Positions 34,768 through 45,300 of a stretch of DNA of 64,000 nucleotides are shown one piece after another. The notes beneath the pieces are model-generated. The model ran no database searches and was not told the DNA's origin. It worked only from the letters and a program-made list of their open reading frames with translations. Made by a program: the position numbers and the translations under genes. How positions within the stretch are numbered: the first letter of the stretch is position 1; every line of letters starts with the position of its first letter. The DNA comes from an uncultured Anaerolineaceae bacterium (lineage in GTDB: Bacteria; Chloroflexota; Anaerolineae; Anaerolineales; UBA4823). The stretch spans positions 13,512-77,511 of the forward strand of contig CAZWFQ010000004.1 in the NCBI GenBank assembly GCA_964633225.1, written 5' to 3'.

Positions 34768-34813
34768 TACCCCTAAAAATTCAGGCGATTGGTATAATAC
34801 AGTCGGAGCAAGC

Positions 34814-35512
34814 GTGAACGATAAAGGGAAATTGATCTTACTCGTCGACGATGAGCCTTTGCAGCTCAAAGCAACGCAAATCATGCTGCAAGAGGCCGGC
34901 TTTCAAGTACTCCTTGCCGCCAATGGCGCGCAGGGGCTTAAGCTGGCCTTAGACCGCTCCCCCGACCTGGTGATGCTGGATTGGATGATGCCAGACATGG
35001 ATGGGTTAGAGGTCTGCAAGCAGTTGCGCGAGCACTCCAGCGTGCCCATCATCATGATCACCGCCCTATCGAGCGAAAAGAACAAAATTGCCGGGTTGGA
35101 AGCCGGGGCTGACGATTACATCACCAAGCCTTTTGGGCGCGGCGAATTGTTGGCACGCGTGAATGCTGTTCTACGACGCGCCAGTAACCCCTCGCACCCC
35201 GCTGAAAACCAAACCCTGGTCCTGGAGGCCTTGCAAGTTGATTTCGCCAACCGGCGGGTATGGTTAGATGAGCATGAGGTGCGCCTTTCGCCCACCGAAT
35301 TCAGCCTGCTGCGCGAGCTTGCCCGCCAACCCGGAAAGGTGCTCAGCAACGAAGAGATCCTCAAATGCGTCTGGGGCACCGATTACATTACAGATACCTC
35401 CCTGGTACGAAAAGTGATCCACCGCCTGCGCCAGAAGATCGAGCTCGACCCTCAGGATCCACATTACGTGCTTTCGCAGCCAGGATTTGGCTACTACCTG
35501 GCCCAGAAATGA
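34814..35512 (+). CDS. OmpR-family response regulator
   Basis: 'ILLVDDEPLQ', 'DLVMLDWMMPDMDG', 'YITKPF', 'LSPTEFSLLRELARQPG...PGFGYYL'. GTG start at 34814; the longer track ORF overlaps the previous gene. Confidence 0.85.
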   Translation: MNDKGKLILLVDDEPLQLKATQIMLQEAGFQVLLAANGAQGLKLALDRSPDLVMLDWMMPDMDGLEVCKQLREHSSVPIIMITALSSEKNKIAGLEAGADDYITKPFGRGELLARVNAVLRRASNPSHPAENQTLVLEALQVDFANRRVWLDEHEVRLSPTEFSLLRELARQPGKVLSNEEILKCVWGTDYITDTSLVRKVIHRLRQKIELDPQDPHYVLSQPGFGYYLAQK

Positions 35513-37233
35513 TCAATCCCCTCCCACGCCCATCACAAGATTGGCGCGCCCCCCTGCCAGTGCCCACAAAACGCCTTCTAGCCTTACTATTCCTGGTGGC
35601 CATTTCAGCACTGCTGGCCCTATCCCCAGGCCCGCGCGCCGCGGCAAACACCATCCAGGAGCCAGAATTGAAGTGGGCCTACGGCGGCTGCAGCGCGGGC
35701 GGCTGGTGCCAGACCGGCTGGTATTCCTCGCCTGCCGTGGGCGATATCGACGGCGACAACCAGGCCGAGGTGATTGGCGCCGCTTACGATATCTATGTGC
35801 TAGACGGCAATACTGGAAATATTGAATGGAAAGTGGCCTCTGGCCACGATCGCTCTCAGCCAGACGCTGATGATGTCGGCCGCACCTGGCCCGGGGTGGC
35901 CCTGGGCGATATCGACGGCGACGGAGCATTGGAGTTCGCCACCGCCCACAGCGGCGGCTGGGTGGCTGTTTATGATTCTGCTGGGTACTTCAAGCCTGGC
36001 TGGCCCCAACGCCCCACCACCTACGAGCTGCGCGGCCTGGCCCTTTCAGACCTGGACCAGGATGGCACCCTGGAGGTGATCGTCACCGGCGGCGTTTCTA
36101 CCAATGATGACGTGGACTACATCGCCAACACCTGGGTTTTCGAGCACGATGGCAGCCTGCGCCCCGGCTGGCCTCAGCTCAACAACACCAGCGGCTACGA
36201 TTGGGGCGTATTCAACGACAACCTGGCGGTTGGCAACCTGTATGGCGACGGGCGGGGCGAGCTCGTTGTGCCATCTGATGTGCACTACATCTGCGCTTAC
36301 GATGATCACGGCACAATGCTGCCGGCCCACAGCATGTACGGCGGCAAGGGCTGGGGCCGGGTGGGGATCTGGGAAAGCCTGGCCATTGAGCTGCGCGGCT
36401 GGGGCAGGTGCAACGGCGAGCGTGCCGAGAGCTACCGCACCAACTTTGCCCATGGGCCGGCCGTCATCGCCGACGTCAACGGTGACCGGCGCATGGAAGT
36501 GGTTGCCACCGGCAATGTATACGATTGCAATGGATCGTACGACAGCCGCTATACGGGCCTTTACATCTTCAACGCTGACCGCTCGCGCTTTGTATCTGCA
36601 GGCTTCGATTGGCAAATCCCGCCCATTGATACCGGCGCACCGATCCAAGAAAACTACTGGGTCATTGAAAGTGCCCAATCCAATCCTGCTGTGGCCGACC
36701 TGGATGGCGACGGGCTGATGGAAATCATCTTTGCCTCCTATGATGGGCGCCTGCACGCCTTCTGGCTGGATAAAACCGAACACGGTCATTGGCCCTATTC
36801 TGTTTACCACGGCACCGAAGACATCTACCGCTTTGCATCTGAGCCCGCCATCGCCGACCTGGATAACGATGGGCAGGCAGAAGTGATCTTCACCTCCTGG
36901 ACGCAGATTGGCTCGAACCAGGTGGGCATGCTGCACATCCTCACCAGCCTGGGCGAACCGATCTACGAGCTGCCCCTGCCGGCCCCCTCGAACGATGAAG
37001 ATTGGAACGGCGCCCTGCCCGCCCCCACCCTGGCAAACATCGATGGAGATAGCGACCTGGAAGTGGTGCTCAACACGGCGCATTCAGGGCTGGTGGCCTA
37101 TGACCTGCCCGGCACGGCCTCTGCCCGCCTGCTGTGGAGCACCGGGCGCGGCTCTTACTGGCGCGACGCCTATGTACCTCTCCGGTCCTTTGTGGTTGCC
37201 GCCCAGATTTTCGTGCCGCTGATCCAAAAATAA
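35509..37233 (+). CDS. secreted FG-GAP/VCBS repeat beta-propeller protein
   Basis: The ATG overlaps the regulator stop (ATGA). Signal/TM 'LLALLFLVAISALLAL'. At least 6 Ca-binding-like repeats: 'DIDGDNQAEV', 'DIDGDGALEF', 'DLDQDGTLEV', 'DVNGDRRMEV', 'DLDGDGLMEI', 'DLDNDGQAEV', 'NIDGDSDLEV'. Confidence 0.85.
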   Translation: MINPLPRPSQDWRAPLPVPTKRLLALLFLVAISALLALSPGPRAAANTIQEPELKWAYGGCSAGGWCQTGWYSSPAVGDIDGDNQAEVIGAAYDIYVLDGNTGNIEWKVASGHDRSQPDADDVGRTWPGVALGDIDGDGALEFATAHSGGWVAVYDSAGYFKPGWPQRPTTYELRGLALSDLDQDGTLEVIVTGGVSTNDDVDYIANTWVFEHDGSLRPGWPQLNNTSGYDWGVFNDNLAVGNLYGDGRGELVVPSDVHYICAYDDHGTMLPAHSMYGGKGWGRVGIWESLAIELRGWGRCNGERAESYRTNFAHGPAVIADVNGDRRMEVVATGNVYDCNGSYDSRYTGLYIFNADRSRFVSAGFDWQIPPIDTGAPIQENYWVIESAQSNPAVADLDGDGLMEIIFASYDGRLHAFWLDKTEHGHWPYSVYHGTEDIYRFASEPAIADLDNDGQAEVIFTSWTQIGSNQVGMLHILTSLGEPIYELPLPAPSNDEDWNGALPAPTLANIDGDSDLEVVLNTAHSGLVAYDLPGTASARLLWSTGRGSYWRDAYVPLRSFVVAAQIFVPLIQK

Positions 37234-37271
37234 TGCCCCTGCCTGGTACAATGGGCTCCCTGGAGATCACC

Positions 37272-37811
37272 ATGCTGCATCCCTTCGAAAGTATTTCTTC
37301 TGCCCGGCGCAGACAATTCTTCTACCCCCTGCTCGGCCTGGCCCTGCTGATTATGATGGTCATGAACTGGGTGGGACTGCCGCTCAACACACCCGCCGCC
37401 CCCAACGGCATTGTCTCATTTGAGTTAGCCGGCAGCCCAGAGCGGGCGGCTGCCATGCTCAACTCTTGGGATGCTGATGCCCATGCCAGGGCCGCCTTCA
37501 TCCAGGGGCTGGACTTCTTATTTCCTGCCGTCTATTCCACCACCGTAGCCCTGGGCTGCATCATGGCAGCCAGTGCGCTCTCGGCACGCCGTCTCCCCCT
37601 GGCCCATTGGGGGCGCGCCCTGGCCTGGGGGCAGTGGATTGCAGCCATCTTTGATTACCTCGAAAACATTGCCTTGGTGGTACTGCTCTTTAGCCCAGCC
37701 CAGGCTCCCTGGCCTCAGATGGCAGCCGTTTGCGCGGTCATCAAGTTTGGCCTGCTGTTCGCCGGTCTGGTCTACGGCTTTTATGGTTTGGTGATGCGCT
37801 GGGGCCATTGA
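37272..37811 (+). CDS. hypothetical integral membrane protein
   Basis: GGAG lies 7 nt before the ATG. 4-5 hydrophobic segments. No family recognised. Confidence 0.6.
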   Translation: MLHPFESISSARRRQFFYPLLGLALLIMMVMNWVGLPLNTPAAPNGIVSFELAGSPERAAAMLNSWDADAHARAAFIQGLDFLFPAVYSTTVALGCIMAASALSARRLPLAHWGRALAWGQWIAAIFDYLENIALVVLLFSPAQAPWPQMAAVCAVIKFGLLFAGLVYGFYGLVMRWGH

Positions 37812-37873
37812 TTGCAACCAATCCCCACCGGATGCGTATACTGAGTATCGATCTTAAATTTGTGGAGGCTGCT

Positions 37874-38746
37874 ATGTTCCGAAAATCATTCTTACTGGCT
37901 GTGGCTGCCCTGGTGTTAGCCAGCCTGGCTTGTGGCATCAATATTGAAACCCCCATGACCGAAGTTAAAACCGGTCCTACAGAAACCGAAGAGATCAACA
38001 TCCCGCTGCTGGAGAGCCAGGATGCCACTGCCGATGTGACCCTGGAATTTGGTGCCGGCAATATCAAGCTGGCCCCAGGCGCAGAAGACGCCCTGGTAAC
38101 TGGCACTGCCGAGTACAATGTCACCGACTTCAAGCCCGACATCACCGTCAATGGCGATAATGTCACCATCTCACAGGGTGATCTCAACGTGCGCGGCATT
38201 CCCCAGTTTCAAGATGACCTGATCAATAATTGGGATCTGCAGTTGGGCAGTGCTCCGCTCTTCCTGCGCATCAATGCTGGCGCCTACACCGCTGATTATG
38301 AGCTGGGGGGCCTCTCGCTGACCGGTCTGGACGTCACCGATGGCGCCGCAGATGTGGATCTGAAATTCTCTGAACCTAACCTGGTAGAGATGGAAAGCCT
38401 CACCTACAATACCGGTGCCTCCAATATTTCTCTCGAGGGCTTGGGCAATGCCAACCTCTCCAAGCTGGTCTTTCGCAGCGGAGCCGGCTCTTACACGCTG
38501 GACTTCTCTGGCGAGATGCAGCGCGATATGACCGTCAACATTGAAGCGGGCATCAGCAGTATCACCATTATTGTTCCCGAGGGTGTGGCAGCCAACCTGA
38601 CCTTTGAGGGCGGCATGTCAAATGTTACCTACGATGACGGTTGGGACAAGGACGGCAGCAATTACACCGCTGCCGGAGATGACTATACCCTCACCATCTC
38701 TGTCCAGATGGGTGCCGGCAACCTGGAACTTAAGATAGACAAATAG
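37874..38746 (+). CDS. lipoprotein with repetitive beta-strand (toast-rack/DUF4097-like) domain
   Basis: SD GGAGG, lipobox 'LVLASLACG', repeated 'G.G...L.' beta-rich segments, and C-terminal 'VQMGAGNLELKI'. Confidence 0.6.
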   Translation: MFRKSFLLAVAALVLASLACGINIETPMTEVKTGPTETEEINIPLLESQDATADVTLEFGAGNIKLAPGAEDALVTGTAEYNVTDFKPDITVNGDNVTISQGDLNVRGIPQFQDDLINNWDLQLGSAPLFLRINAGAYTADYELGGLSLTGLDVTDGAADVDLKFSEPNLVEMESLTYNTGASNISLEGLGNANLSKLVFRSGAGSYTLDFSGEMQRDMTVNIEAGISSITIIVPEGVAANLTFEGGMSNVTYDDGWDKDGSNYTAAGDDYTLTISVQMGAGNLELKIDK

Positions 38747-38751
38747 ATACA

Positions 38752-38795
38752 TTAAGCAAAAATCCCAGGGCAATTGCCCTGGGATTTTTGCTTAA
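38752..38795. terminator. bidirectional intrinsic terminator
   Basis: Perfect palindrome TTAAGCAAAAATCCCAGGGCAATTGCCCTGGGATTTTTGCTTAA between convergent genes. Confidence 0.85.
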
Positions 38796-38800
38796 TGTCG

Positions 38801-39199
38801 TTAGCCGTTAGAGCTGTAACCCGGCCCATCCTTGAAGTAATCGTAATTAGGCTTGATATCGGGGGTCAGATCCACCACCTCGCCGGCCTCAAGCTTGCGG
38901 GCACAATCGAGCACTACCTTCTCGCCGTGGTGATTGGTCCCTTCATAATGGCCGGTCAGGCCAATCTTGCTGATGAACTCGCCGCCTTTGGCTGTGTAAG
39001 CAGAGGGCACCTCATCTTCCGGGAAGATCGCACCGTAGGGGCATTCAGCCACGCAGGCGCCGCAGTCGATACAGGTATCGGGATCGATGTAATACCAGGG
39101 CCATTCTCCCTCCGGCTTGCCAGGGACAATACATTCGACCGGGCAAACTTCTACGCAGCCCGAGTCGCGTAAACATAGACTGGTGATAATGTGCGTCAT
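38801..39199 (-). CDS. 4Fe-4S ferredoxin-domain protein
   Basis: 'CLRDSGCVEVCPVECI' and 'CIDCGACVAECPYGAI' cluster motifs. Start taken at 'MTHIIT'. Confidence 0.85.
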   Translation of the reverse strand: MTHIITSLCLRDSGCVEVCPVECIVPGKPEGEWPWYYIDPDTCIDCGACVAECPYGAIFPEDEVPSAYTAKGGEFISKIGLTGHYEGTNHHGEKVVLDCARKLEAGEVVDLTPDIKPNYDYFKDGPGYSSNG

Positions 39200-39279
39200 T
39201 TTTGCATTCCTCCTGAGTAAAATATGAATTGAACTGTACCGTTGAAAGTGCACTGGTCGCGACCAGAGCATCGCTTTGG

Positions 39280-39308
39280 ATTTTAGCCCCCGCCCCCCCC
39301 TTTGTCAA
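39280..39308 (-). promoter_or_regulatory. sigma70-like promoter for the ferredoxin gene, with C5-G-C8 tract in the spacer
   Basis: Minus strand: TTGACA-N17-TAAAAT. The 17-nt spacer is AAGGGGGGGGCGGGGGC. Confidence 0.55.
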
Positions 39309-39338
39309 GCAACTGAGACTCCCGCTGCCGGCTGCCAT

Positions 39339-42300
39339 CTACACATATAAAATGATATGGAAGCTGCTGCCGGGGCAGGTCTCCTCATCGTGCCCGGGGC
39401 TTTCCACCCAGATGCGCCCGCCGTGTGCCTCAATGATTCCGCGGGCAATTGCCAGGCCCAGCCCAGGCCCGCCGCCCTTGAATTTCGTTTGGCCTGATGA
39501 GTGGAAAGAGACCTCACCCGTCTGGTAGAATTTTTCAAAGATCAATTCGTGATAAGCCGGGTCAATGCCAATTCCGTTGTCAGTGACCACCAACTCTACC
39601 CGCTCTGGCTGACCGGCGCGCTTGGGCGGCAGCAGCTTGCCCGAGACGGTAATCTTGCCGCCATCCGGCGTGAACTTGATGGCGTTGACAATCAACTGGC
39701 CAAAAACTTTGGTCAACTGATCGGCATCGGCCTGGACAGGCGGGAGTTCCTCCAGGCCCACCATTTCGAAGCTGATCTGGCGCTCTTTCATGGCACGCTG
39801 GTATTTTTCGCCCACCGCATCGATCACAAACACCAATGGGATCAGGCCTTTGTACAGGGTAAAGGTCTGGCTGGTGATCTTTGAAATATCCAGCATACTG
39901 TTGACCACCTCCAGCATGCGGTTTGAGCCGCTGACAATACCATCCACCAGTTTCTTAATCTCAGGATTAGCCGCCACAGTGGGGTGAGTCTGGGCCACCT
40001 GGGCATAACCGCTGGTAATGGTCAGCGGGGTGCGCAGCTCGTGAGCCGCCACATTGATGAAATCCGATTTGTTCCGATCCAACCGCTCCAGGTTGTGATA
40101 GGCGCGGTTCAATTCTTCAGTCCGCTGCATCACCATCTGCTCAAGCTGCTCATTGAAGCGCTTGATCTGATCATACAGGCTGGCGTTTTCGAGCGCCGCC
40201 GCTGCTTGCACGGCAAAGGTGGTTGCCACCGTGGCATCATACTCCATGAAGGCGCCAGCCTCGCAGCGTGTCAGTGAGATCATTCCAAGCGTGCGTCCCT
40301 TCGAAATAAGCGGCACGCCCAACCACGAATAGTTGAGCGGCAGGCCCTCCGCCTGCTTCCAGCCCGCCTCGCGCGTCACATCATCCACCACCAAAGCGCC
40401 CTGGCGCTCTACCATCTGGTTATACACATCCCCGGGCCGGATGGGCATTCGCAGGTCTTCTTCCCCCTCCGGGAAGCCCCGTTGGGATACACTGACCAAA
40501 ACCCGATCCTCTTGAAGCCAGAGCGAACCGCGTTCATACGGCAGCACCATGGCCATTTGATCCAAAACCCGCCCGGTCAATTCTCCTAATTCAAGGCTAG
40601 AGGACATTTCGCGGCCCGCCTGCCGCAGTGCATCCGCCAGGTTGCGCCGGTCTGTCTCGGCCTGGTAAAGCTGGGCATTGCGGATGGCGATTGCAATCTG
40701 GTCAGCCAGGATCTGCATGGTCCACAAATCGTCTGGGCCAAAGGCATCTATTTGCTCCGCCTGGATATCTAACACCCCAATACTGCGGCTGCCCATCCGC
40801 AGGGGCAGGGTTAGCTCAGAACGTGTTTCGGGCAGTTCTTTAACAGACAGGTAATCTGGTTCAGCCCGCACATCGTTCACCAGGCGATACTGGCTGGTGC
40901 GGCAGACATGCGCAATGATGCTCGAAGCCTCAAAATCAAGCACCGTATACGATCGTGATAAGGGCACCTGGGCCCGCCCGGCACTCGCCTGCAGGATGAT
41001 CGTCTTGCGGGTAGGTGCAATCAGCCAGACACTGACATTGTAATAGCCAAAGCGCTCATGGATCAGGCGCACAACCTGGTCTAACAGCTCATCCAGTGCC
41101 AGGATCGAGGTTGCCTGCTGGCCCACCTGGCTAGAAGCCTCAAGCTGCACAGCCCGCCGCGAGAGAACCTGGTTTGCCGCTTCTAACTCGGCCGTGCGCT
41201 CAGCCACACGCTGCTCAAGGGTATGCGTCCAGGCTTCCAATTCTTCGTACAGGCGTGCATTCTCAATGGCGCTGGCAGCCTGGTTGGCAAAGATCACCAT
41301 CAATTCCATATCTTCTTGCGAAAACCGCCCGCTGACCGTGCGATTATCGGCATAGATCATGCCGACCAACTCTGCACGGGTCAACAACGGCACACATAAT
41401 ACCGAGCGCAAGTTAAGCTCTAAGACACTGGATTGACGGCTGAAGCGCTCATCTGCCATGGCGTCTTGCAGCAGCACAGGCTTCTTCGACTGAGCCACCT
41501 CGCCTAACACCGTGTAACTGATCTCGGCCTGGGCGCGTGCCAGTTCATCCTCAGCCATGCCCCGCGCCACACGCAGGTTCATCTGCCCGGCCTCGTCCAC
41601 CAATACCAAAAAGCCGCGCTCAGCACCGCTCAGCTCGATCACCTGGTCCATCACATAATGCAGCAGCGACTCGGCATCATGTGTTTCGTTCATTTGGACA
41701 CTGATGTTCAGCACCCGGCGCAGCTTATCTTGGATACGAGCCGGCTCAACCGCCTCCGTCTGCTCAATTTCGGGCGCTTCAGAGAAATCGGCATGCTGGG
41801 CACCGGTGCGGCGCGCCATCTGGCGCGTCCACTCCAAGAGGATGGCACGGTTGATCTGGACTTTATTGAGATAAGAGCGGCGCAGGGCTTCGTCACTCAG
41901 CGTGGCAATTCCGTTCAGCATCGCCAGGTGAGCTTGCTGCAAAGAATCCCATGCCTCGTTTTCAATCCGCTCACATGCTGCGGGGCAAGCCTCTAACACC
42001 TGGTAATGGATCCACCACACATCTTGCATCGGGTAGTCCCCGCCAGTGCCCAGGGCCGAAGCCAGGCGTGTGGCTTCGCCCGATATATCATAGGCCAGTT
42101 CCCACTGGCCCAACTGTAAATGCGCCGCCGCCCGCCAGGCCAGGGCAGCCGAAAGCTCGGTGGCTTTCAGCTCACGCAAGATATTGCCCGCCCGCCAGGT
42201 CACTTCCAAAGCCGCACCCGGCAGGCCTTGCGCCAACAGCACCTGCCCTTTTGTGATAGAGGCTGCGCTCTCGGCCCAGCGGTTGCCCGAGTCTTGTGTG

Positions 42301-45300
42301 AGCTGAATGGATTCCTCCAGCACCGCGAGGGCTTCTTCATAACGCCCCAACGCCAGGCAGCAGCGTCCCATCGTTTCCATATACAATCCAAGGCGGCGGT
42401 AATCTTGCAAACTGCGCGCCAACCCAACCGCCTGTTCCATATATTCAAGCGCCCGGCTATACAGGCCCATCGACCAGTGGATTACCGCCAGGTTATTGTA
42501 AGATACGGCCTGGCCGTTCTTGTCGTCTAGGCTGCGGCGGATTGCAAGAGACTGTTCATGATGATCACGCGCCTGGGCAAAATCGGTCACCGCCAGGCCG
42601 ATCGAGGTCAGGGCCTTGGCCTGCCCGCCCAGGTCTCCGATCTGGCGGAACAATTTCAGGGCCCGCTGTGCATATTGAATGGCAGGTTCCGTGCGGCCGG
42701 CGCGCATGTGCAGGTGGCCCAATAGGCGCCAGTTTTCTGCCTGCCCGGCAGGGTCGTTCAAGGTCTCGTACAACTTCAAGGCCTGCTCGTGGCAGCTCTG
42801 GGCATGATCGAAACGAGACAATTGATAATACAAATCACCCAAGCCGGTCAGCGCCTGGGCTTCCAATAGTTGTTGACCCGATCGGTGCGCCAATTCCACC
42901 GCGGCCTCAGCCGAACGCAGGGCTTCTTCTTTTTGCCCCCGTAAGCCGGCCAGCTCAACCTTGCGCCTGAGCGCTTCCACCTGGCGAGGCAAGTCCCCCA
43001 GCGCTTGGGCCAGGTCGCTCATCACCGCCAGTTCCTTCTGCTGCTGCTCACGCTCGCCCAGGGCCACATAACAGCGCTCGCGCCCGGCATGCAGGTCAAA
43101 AGATAGGGCTGGCTCAACCAGTTCGGGATGGCTTTCAAGCAATGTAATTGCTTCTGTATAGTACCGCAGGGCAGTTTGGATTGCCTGGCGCCGCATGGCA
43201 CTCTCAGCCGCCTGGCGTAGGACCTGCAAACTTTGCTGTGTATCGCCGACCCGCACAGCATGCCAGGCCAACCAATCCACAATTTTTTCCAACGGATACA
43301 GCCGGCGCAGCGCTTCAATGATGCGCTGGTGGCGTTCCCGTCGGTCAGGCTCCGTGAGGGTCTGGTAAACCACCTGCCGCATGGCATCGGTGGTAAAGCC
43401 GTACACCTGCACGCCGCCGCGCTGGCTGACTTCCAAGACATGCTGGCTTACAGCCCGCTGTACCAGCCCCATCGCTGTATCACCAGCGCGGCCGCACACT
43501 TCTAACAGCACGTCAATTTCCAGCCACTCGCCCATCGCCGCCGCCCACTGCAACAGCCCCAAGAGCGTTGCATCCAGGCGCTTCAAGTGACGGCGAGCCG
43601 CATCCTGGATATCAGCCGGCAGGGTCAGGGCATCCAGGTCAATCTGCCATTGGCTGCTATCAAAGCGCAGCAGTTCTTCTTCCACCAGGCTTTGCATCAC
43701 GCTTTGAATGAAGGTTGGGTTGCCTCCGGTCTCTGCCATCAACCGCGGCAGCAAACCATCCGGCAGCGGCGCACTGGCAATCTCTTCGGCGCCCAACATC
43801 GAACGGACGAAGACCTCAACGTCTGCCTCGTTGAGCGGCAGCAGAGAGATCAGGTTGCCGATCCGCGCCGGGCTGGCTTGAATTTCATCCGCCCGTCCCG
43901 TCGCCTCGTCAATTAAGCCCAGCAGCGGGTGAGATGCAGTGATCTCATCATCCCGGTAAGAGCCCACCAAGAGCAAGCGCCGGGTCCCGGCCTTCTGGCT
44001 GAGGGCTTCCAGCAAGGCAATTGACTCAGCATCTGCATACTGCAAATCTTCCAAGATGATGACCAGCGGCTGGTTGACCGCCAACAGCAGGTCAGCCGCC
44101 GAGTTCCGCAGCCAGGCCGGGTCCTTCTCTCCCGCCTGAGTGGCGACCAAATTAAACTGTGCCCCCAGCTCAGGCATCAAAGCATTCAGCGCAGGGCCAT
44201 GTTGGGCCAGGGCCTTGGGCTGGTGGGTGCGGATGAGGGGGATCAACATGCTGAAAATGTCCATCCAGGGACGGTAGGGGATGCGATCTTGCTTCTGACA
44301 ATCCCCCTCGCACACCAACACCCGCTGCACCTGGGCGCGCGCCTTGAACTCGCGCCCCAGGCGCCGCTTCCCCATGCCCGCCGCCCCCGTGATCAACACC
44401 AGGTTCCCCTGCCCCTGCAGCATATGCATCAACAAACCCTGTAGATGGGCCAGCTCGGCTTCTCGTCCCACAAAGCGCGCGCTCTGGATATAGCCGCGCC
44501 GGGTCTCGCGCGTTTCCACCGGGAATTGCAATCCACTGATCACATTGATGGCCTCAATGACCTGGCTGGCACTGGCATAGCGGTTAGCCGGCTCTTTTTC
44601 CAGCAGCTTCATGATCAGGTCCTGCAAACCCTGCGGCACATGGCGCACCAGGTCGCTGGGCAGCTCGGGCTGTTCCTCCAGGTGGCGGCGCATGAGCACA
44701 ATGCTGCTGGTGTCGCCAAAAGGCAGGCGGCCGGTCACAATCTCGTACAGCGTCACCCCCAGCGAATACAGGTCGGCGCGTTGATCCACCTCGCCGCCAC
44801 GGATCATTTCGGGGGCAATATAATCGGGGGTGCCTCGCACCTTGATCTGACCACCGGCACGCGGCTCTCCAATCAGGCCAAAGTCCATCAACTTCACCTG
44901 GCCAGAGGGTGTGATCTGGATATTGCGGGATTTTACGTCGTAATGAATAAGGCCGCGTGAGTGGATGTAGCTCAGAGCGCGGCAGACCTGAACAATGATC
45001 TCATACAGCCAGGTATAATCCGGCGCTTGCCCGGCCTCCGGCACCTTCAGATGCCGCTGGGCCAGGCTGAGCAGGTCCTCGCCCTGCACATACTGCATGG
45101 TGTAATAGAACGCGTTGAGATGTTCGGCATCCGGCAACTCTTCAACATTGAAGATGCTGCCAAAATCGTACACTTCCACCAGGTTAGGATGGTGCAGTTG
45201 GCCTAGCGTAGCAAACTCATACTTGAACTGCGCCATACTGCGGTCACCGATATGCTCGGTACGTACCAGCTTCAGGGCCATCACCTGATCAGAACGCAAA

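Noticed and set aside
34334-34813. N-terminal 160-aa extension of the response regulator ORF; likewise 35365..35508 for the FG-GAP gene
   Set aside because: The extensions overlap the preceding genes in other frames and are Pro/Arg/Cys-rich. The receiver domain starts at the GTG at 34814, and the FG-GAP signal peptide starts at the ATG at 35509.
36046-37083. 345-aa ORF on the minus strand
   Set aside because: It is antisense to the FG-GAP repeat gene, and its Gly/Val/Ala-rich translation mirrors the repeat codons. It is a shadow ORF.
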